A DNA stretch of 64,000 nt. Origin: a bacterium. GTDB lineage: Bacteria; JADJOY01. The stretch lies in contig JAXLQJ010000039.1 of assembly GCA_046331705.1 (NCBI GenBank), positions 1 through 64,000 of the forward strand, read 5' to 3'. The first letter of the stretch is position 1. Each line of letters opens with the position of its first letter. A model generated the notes under the pieces. The model made no database searches. It was not told where the DNA came from and saw only the letters and a program-made list of their open reading frames with translations. The translations under genes were made by a program, and so were the position numbers. This document shows positions 59,005 to 64,000 of this stretch, piece after piece.

Positions 59005-60075
59005 ATGATCGACTTCGCGGGCCTCCGCGAGAACCTGAAGCTGAGAGCACGAGCCGAGGCCGCGTGGCGGAAGGTCGTGCCGCGCCCGCAGCAGGTGCAC
59101 ATCAGCATCACCGATCGCTGCAATCTGAGCTGCGAGCATTGCGACATCTGGATGAAGCCGGTGCCCGGCGAGGTGCCGGTCGAGCGCTGGCGCGAGGTCG
59201 TCGACGAATGCCTGGAGTGGCTCGGCCCCTTCACGCTGAAGATCGTGGGCGGAGAGCCGCTCCTGAAGGAGGGCGTGGTCGAGCTGATCGGCCACGCGAA
59301 ATCGCGCGGTTGTCGCGTCGGGCTCTCGACCAACGCGATCCCGCTGTCGAGCCCCGAGCGCGCTCAGCAGATGATCGACACCGGGCTCGACGAGATCCAC
59401 ATCTCGCTCGAGAGCTACACGCCCGACCATCACGACCAGATCCGCAAGCGCGTCGGCGCGCACGCGCGCACGGTCAAGGCCATCGGCGAGCTCTCCCGTC
59501 GCCGCACCCATCTGCAGATCAGCCTCGCCACGGTGGTGTGTCAGCAGAACCTGGACGAGCTCACCAAGATGGTGGACTTCGTCCGCGACAACGGCCTCTA
59601 CACCGTGAACTTCCAGCCGCTCTACGCCAACTTCGGACGGCCGTTCGACCCGCGCTGGTACGAGACCAGCCCCTATTTCCCGCAAGACATCGACAAGCTC
59701 GACGCCATCCTGGATCGCCTCTCCGAGATCCGCACCACCGAGTGGCTGGTGGGCAACACCGTCAACCAGCTGCGCATGATGAAGGTCTATTTCCGCAACC
59801 CCAACGCCGACGACCAGGTGGTGTGCAAGGCGGGCGACGACGACATCGCGTTCGACCCGTACGGCAATCTCAAGATGTGCTTCTGGCTCGACCCGGTCGG
59901 GAACATCCGCGAGGAAGGGCCGAAGAGCGCGTACTGGTCGCAAGAGGGGCGCGAGCGCCGTCAGCAGGTTCGGACCTGCACGCGGAACTGCAATCTGCTC
60001 AACTGCAACTTCGACCGCGAACGCTTCGGCGAGGCGTTCTGGACGCGCTTGGGCATCGGCGGCGCGCGCAGCTGA
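59005..60075 (+). CDS. radical SAM / SPASM-Twitch domain protein
   Basis: ITDRCNLSCEHC, GGEPL, STN, HDQIR, CKAG....DPYGNLKMC, GNI, CTRNCNLLNC. Confidence 0.92.
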   Translation: MIDFAGLRENLKLRARAEAAWRKVVPRPQQVHISITDRCNLSCEHCDIWMKPVPGEVPVERWREVVDECLEWLGPFTLKIVGGEPLLKEGVVELIGHAKSRGCRVGLSTNAIPLSSPERAQQMIDTGLDEIHISLESYTPDHHDQIRKRVGAHARTVKAIGELSRRRTHLQISLATVVCQQNLDELTKMVDFVRDNGLYTVNFQPLYANFGRPFDPRWYETSPYFPQDIDKLDAILDRLSEIRTTEWLVGNTVNQLRMMKVYFRNPNADDQVVCKAGDDDIAFDPYGNLKMCFWLDPVGNIREEGPKSAYWSQEGRERRQQVRTCTRNCNLLNCNFDRERFGEAFWTRLGIGGARS

Positions 60076-60094
60076 GTCCGCGGAGCCCTCATCC

Positions 60095-61096
60095 GTGCAG
60101 CAAGCGTTGGCGCGTCGCGTCTCCTACTGGCTCAACTGGCCCCTCGTTCCGCCCTCCAAGCTGATCCTGTTGCTCACCCACCGCTGTCCGGTGGCGTGCG
60201 AGTTCTGTTCCACGCATCGTTGGGCCGCGGCACGACCGCGCGAGCTCACGCTGGTCGAGCTCGAGGCGCGGCTCGCCGAAGCCGCGAGCTGGGGCATCCG
60301 CGAGGTGCTCTTCTCGGGCGGCGAGCCGCTGCTGCGGCGGACGGACGTGCTGGCGCTGACGCGCGCGGCGCGCGCGCTGGGGATGATCCCCACGCTCATC
60401 ACCAGCGGAGCGGTGGGCGGAACGGCGACCCTGGAAGCGCTCGTCGAGGCGGGAATGGCGAGCTTCATGGTGTCGCTGGACGGCAACTGCGCCGAGACCC
60501 ACGATCGTCTGCGCGGCCGGGTCGGCTCGTTCGACGAGGCGATCGCGTGGCTGGCGGGAGCGGTCGAGCTTCGCGAACGCCTCGGCGCGCCGGCGTTGCC
60601 GTACACCGTCTACGTCCAGACGGTGGTCACGCGGGAGAACGTGGCCGAGATCGTGGCGCTGGCCGAGCGGGTTCGGGAGCTCGGCGTGGATGCGATCCTC
60701 TTCCAGGGCCTGGCGCCCGACGCCTATCTCGCCGCGCATCCCTTCGACGCGCGCGCCCTCGCCGCGCTCGCCGAGGCGATCGAGCGGCTGGCGCGCATCG
60801 AGCCGCGCTCGCTGGTGATGAACCCCGACGGCTACTTGCGCGAGCTGCTCGGCTTCTACGGCGAGCGCGATCGGATCCAGCCCAAGCGCTGCCCCGCGGG
60901 ATTCGACACGTTGGTGCTCGCTCCCGACGGATCGGTGAGCACCTGCCGCGAGTCGTTCACGCGCGAGATCCTGGGCGAGGGTGGCGAGCCGCTCACCCTT
61001 CGCGAGGCGTGGACCCATCGACGCTTCCAGGCCGCGCGCCGTACGATGCGCGTCTGCAAGGAGCCGTGCACGATCAACTGCTGGTACTCGTCGTGA
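60095..61096 (+). CDS. radical SAM / SPASM-Twitch domain protein
   Basis: THRCPVACEFC, SGGEPL, SLDG...THDRLRG, CPAG....PDGSVSTC, CKEPCTINC. Confidence 0.92.
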   Translation: MQQALARRVSYWLNWPLVPPSKLILLLTHRCPVACEFCSTHRWAAARPRELTLVELEARLAEAASWGIREVLFSGGEPLLRRTDVLALTRAARALGMIPTLITSGAVGGTATLEALVEAGMASFMVSLDGNCAETHDRLRGRVGSFDEAIAWLAGAVELRERLGAPALPYTVYVQTVVTRENVAEIVALAERVRELGVDAILFQGLAPDAYLAAHPFDARALAALAEAIERLARIEPRSLVMNPDGYLRELLGFYGERDRIQPKRCPAGFDTLVLAPDGSVSTCRESFTREILGEGGEPLTLREAWTHRRFQAARRTMRVCKEPCTINCWYSS

Positions 61097-61146
61097 GTCG
61101 CGCGGCGGGTCCGCAGCACCGACGAACGTAGCCCTCGACCACCGGC

Positions 61147-62292
61147 ATGCGCATCGCGCTCGTCCACGACGCGGGGAGCGAGCGAGGCGGAATCGAGACC
61201 TATCTCGACCTCGTCGCGGCCGGGCTCGGCCAGCGGGGGCACACCGTGTGGCGCGCCGACCCGCGGACCGCGTTGGCGGCGCGCGGGGGAATCGCCGCGG
61301 ACGCGGCATCCGCGCCTGGCGAGATCGACGTCGTGCACGTCCATCGGCTCGAGGATCCCGAGGCGATCACCGAGATCGCGCGCCGCGTCCCCGCCGTGTG
61401 GTCGATTCACGATCACCGCCCGTTCTGCCCGGGGGCGAACCGCCTGCGGAGCGACGGGAGCGCGTGCGTCCGTGCTGCCGGCGCTCCGTGCGCGCTCGAG
61501 GGCATCCTCGGGCGCTGCTCGGGGCTCGCGCGCTGGCCGCGCGCCACGGTGCGGCGCGTGTCGGACTGGTCGCGCTACCGGGCGGCGCTGGCGAGTCGCG
61601 CTCCGTGCGTGGTCGCCTCGGCGTTCATGCGCGACGTCGCCGCGAGTCAGGGGCACGCCGCGCGCGATCTCGTCGTGCTGCCGTATCCGGTGGTGCCGCC
61701 GGCGGAGATCGGGCGGACGGCGGCGGACGCGCGGGGAGTGCTCTTCGCGGGGCGGCTCGTCGAGCCCGACAAAGGCCTCGCGCTCCTGGTCGACGTGCTC
61801 GCGCGCTTGCCGCCCACGATCCGCGCCGTGGTCGCCGGCGGAGGTTCGGCGCGGCGCTGGCTAGAGGCGCGTCTCGCCGAAGCCGCGCTCGGCGCGCGAG
61901 TCGAGCTCGTGGGCTGGCTCGATCGCGACGCCTTGGCGCATCGACTGAGCGATGCCGCGGTGGTGGTCATGACGTCGGCGTGGCCCGAGCCTTCGGGGTT
62001 GGTGGGCCTCGAGGCGCTGGCGCACGGGCGCCCGGTGGTGGCGACCGACGTCGGTGGGATCGGAGAGTGGCTCGCGGAAGGTGTGGTCGGGCACCGGGTA
62101 CCGCCCGGCGATCCTGTTGCGATGGCGGATCGAATCCGGGTGCTGCTCGGGGATCCGGCGCGTCGTGAGGCCATGGGCCGCGCGGGGCGTGCGTGGATGC
62201 TCGCGCATCGCTCGCTCGCGGGCCACGTGAGGGCGCTCGAAGGGCTCTACGCTCGCGTGGCTCACCGGACCCGGGAGGCGAGGAGCGCATGA
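61147..62292 (+). CDS. glycosyltransferase family 4 with Cys-rich insertion
   Basis: GGIETY, HDHRPFCP...C..C..C, FAGRL...KG, WPEPSGLVGLEALAHGRPVV. Confidence 0.92.
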   Translation: MRIALVHDAGSERGGIETYLDLVAAGLGQRGHTVWRADPRTALAARGGIAADAASAPGEIDVVHVHRLEDPEAITEIARRVPAVWSIHDHRPFCPGANRLRSDGSACVRAAGAPCALEGILGRCSGLARWPRATVRRVSDWSRYRAALASRAPCVVASAFMRDVAASQGHAARDLVVLPYPVVPPAEIGRTAADARGVLFAGRLVEPDKGLALLVDVLARLPPTIRAVVAGGGSARRWLEARLAEAALGARVELVGWLDRDALAHRLSDAAVVVMTSAWPEPSGLVGLEALAHGRPVVATDVGGIGEWLAEGVVGHRVPPGDPVAMADRIRVLLGDPARREAMGRAGRAWMLAHRSLAGHVRALEGLYARVAHRTREARSA

Positions 62293-63560
62293 GGATCGCG
62301 CTCGTCGGCGTGCTGCCGCCGCTGCGCTCGGGGATCGCCGATCACACCGTGGAGCTCGCCCGCGCGCTCGGCACGCGCAACGAGGTCCAGCTCTACGTCG
62401 AGGATGCCGGCGGCGTCGCCACGCCGGCCGGGCTTCGCGAAGCGCGCGCGGCGAGCGATCTTCCGCGCCGGCGGCACGAGCACGACGTCGTGCTCTACCA
62501 GGTGGGCAATCACGCAGCGCACGGGTTCGTCTACGAGCTGGCGCGCGAAGTCCGCGGTGTCCTCGACCTGCACGATGCCACGCTCCACGACTTGGTCGCG
62601 TCGCGCTACCTGGGGCGCCCGCTCGCGTTCGCGCGCGAGCTGGCGCGGAACGAGGGGTTGGTGCGGATGCTGCCGCGGCTGTTGGCGTTCGATCCCGAGA
62701 CCCGGATCGGCGCGGCGCGCTGGCTCGACCGCGCGCGCTTCCGGGTGAGCGCGCATTCGGATCGGCGCGCGCTCTTCCCCCTGCGCTACGCGCTCATCCG
62801 AGCGGCGCGAGCAGTCGTGGTCCACAGCGTTCACCTCGAGCAGAGCCTCAGGCTCGAGTGCCCGAGGACCCCGGTCGTCCACGTCCCGCACGGAGTCCGC
62901 GACGACCTGCCGCCGCAGGATCGGCGCGCCGCGCGCGCGGAGCTCGGTCTCGCCCGCCTCGGCGTGGGCGACGAGACCACGGTCGTTCTCAGCTTCGGGC
63001 TGATCCAGGCGCACAAGCGCATCACCGTCGCGCTCGACGCCGTGCGGCGCGCGCGTGCCGGTGGCCTCGACCTGCACTACGTGCTGGTCGGCCCGCGCTC
63101 GCCGGATCTCGATCTCGACGCCGCCATCGCCGCGCGCGACCTCGCCGCCGCGGTGCACGTCGTCGACGATTTCCCGCCCATCGAGCGGGTGGCGCTCTGG
63201 ATCTGCGCCGCCGACCTCGGCCTCAACCTGCGCGGCCCCTCGAGCGGCGGCACCTCGGGTGCGCTGCTCAAGATGATGGCGCTCGGTCTGCCGACCATCG
63301 TCACCGCGGTCCCGGAGCTCACGCACCTGCCGCCCGACTCGGTGCACTTCGTGGCGACCGGCGCGCGCGAAGCTCACGACGTGGCGCTGGCGATCGAGCG
63401 ATGGGCCCGCTCGCCCGAGCAACGGGATCGGGTGGCCGCGCGTGCCCGAGCAGCCATTCGAGACGGCGGATTCGGCTGGCCGGTCTGCGCGGAACGCTAC
63501 CAGCGCGCGCTCGCCGCGGTGGTCGAGGGCGAACGCGTTTCCAGCTTCCATGGCTCGTGA
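62289..63560 (+). CDS. glycosyltransferase family 4
   Basis: PPLRSGIADH, YQVGNH..H, LHD..LH, SFGLI..HKR, NLR.P..GGTSGALL; ATGA overlap. Confidence 0.9.
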   Translation: MRIALVGVLPPLRSGIADHTVELARALGTRNEVQLYVEDAGGVATPAGLREARAASDLPRRRHEHDVVLYQVGNHAAHGFVYELAREVRGVLDLHDATLHDLVASRYLGRPLAFARELARNEGLVRMLPRLLAFDPETRIGAARWLDRARFRVSAHSDRRALFPLRYALIRAARAVVVHSVHLEQSLRLECPRTPVVHVPHGVRDDLPPQDRRAARAELGLARLGVGDETTVVLSFGLIQAHKRITVALDAVRRARAGGLDLHYVLVGPRSPDLDLDAAIAARDLAAAVHVVDDFPPIERVALWICAADLGLNLRGPSSGGTSGALLKMMALGLPTIVTAVPELTHLPPDSVHFVATGAREAHDVALAIERWARSPEQRDRVAARARAAIRDGGFGWPVCAERYQRALAAVVEGERVSSFHGS

Positions 63561-63631
63561 GCCCTCTGCTAGAATCGGCCGGCCCGTCAGGGATTCGAGG
63601 ATCGTGTCGGCGACGGAAGAGGCGTAGCGAG

Positions 63632-63820
63632 ATGCCCGATCGAGTGGCTGAGCAAGCCCCCCTCAAGAAGCCCTCGCTGTTCGAGGAGTTCGTCTGGTTC
63701 CTCAAGCACGAGAAGAAGTGGTGGCTGAGCTTCATCGTCGCGATCTTGGTGGTGCTCGCGGCGTTCATCTTCTTGACCGAGAACAACGCCGTGATGCCGT
63801 TCATCTACACGATCTTCTGA
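63632..63820 (+). CDS. DUF5989-family small membrane protein
   Basis: EF..FLK..KKWWL..I...L.......PFIYTIF; TGC-TAGAAT extended -10 at 63567-63575. Confidence 0.88.
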   Translation: MPDRVAEQAPLKKPSLFEEFVWFLKHEKKWWLSFIVAILVVLAAFIFLTENNAVMPFIYTIF

Positions 63821-64000
63821 TCTTCGCGAGACGGCGGCGTCGCGCGCGTGCCACGCGGCGGCGCCCCGGATCGTGACCGTTCGTGGCGGGCGCCGGTTCC
63901 CACCCCCTTTCGCCGGTGCGACGTGACCCGGTCCACGGCAGGCGCCGATGGCCGGAAGGGAAGTAGGCCTGGGTCGTGGTCACGCTGATGGGCGGCCCCA
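63801..64000 (-). CDS. possible 3' end of a gene entering from the right edge
   Basis: Open frame ...GPPISVTTTQAYFPSGHRRLPWTG... to a stop at 63801; too short to assign. Confidence 0.3.
   Translation of the reverse strand, partial: GPPISVTTTQAYFPSGHRRLPWTGSRRTGERGWEPAPATNGHDPGRRRVARARRRRLAKIRRSCR

Overview
High-GC bacterial genomic DNA (about 70% by eye). Gene content (aceE-type PDH, TPR/DUF4388 pair, ctaA/ctaB/ABC/DUF420, zf-TFIIB proteins) suggests a Myxococcota/Deltaproteobacteria-like Gram-negative organism, but this cannot be proved from the window. The left ~40 kb is mostly housekeeping and envelope genes: nitrilase operon, secreted M43-like metalloprotease, YdeP-like molybdoenzyme, aceE-aceF-lpdA, TPR-DUF4388-phoH-ybeY-GT4-def, heme A/O synthesis cluster, glgC, a PAP2-ArnT fusion, acyl-CoA dehydrogenase, ATP-grasp/M48, trxB and a ceramidase-like gene. 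40.3-45.1 kb is an accessory, decaying region: an orphan antitoxin, a frameshifted DUF222-HNH gene with an SOS-box-like palindrome, mgsA, and what looks like a decayed three-cassette integron array without integrase (VOC gene, BrnT toxin with a chimeric HTH antitoxin, small membrane ORF). After DUF190-crcB-uppP, 46.9-63.8 kb holds the most striking locus: three B12-dependent radical SAM enzymes, three radical SAM-SPASM/Twitch enzymes, a phenolic-glycolipid-type GT1, a GH78-like rhamnosidase lipoprotein, two GT4s, an MBL hydrolase, two paralogous double-zinc-ribbon proteins and a lone DUF5989 peptide. I read this as a candidate undescribed glycan/glycolipid tailoring system. No rRNA, tRNA or CRISPR array was seen. 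All family calls come from motif recognition by eye; no database searches were run.
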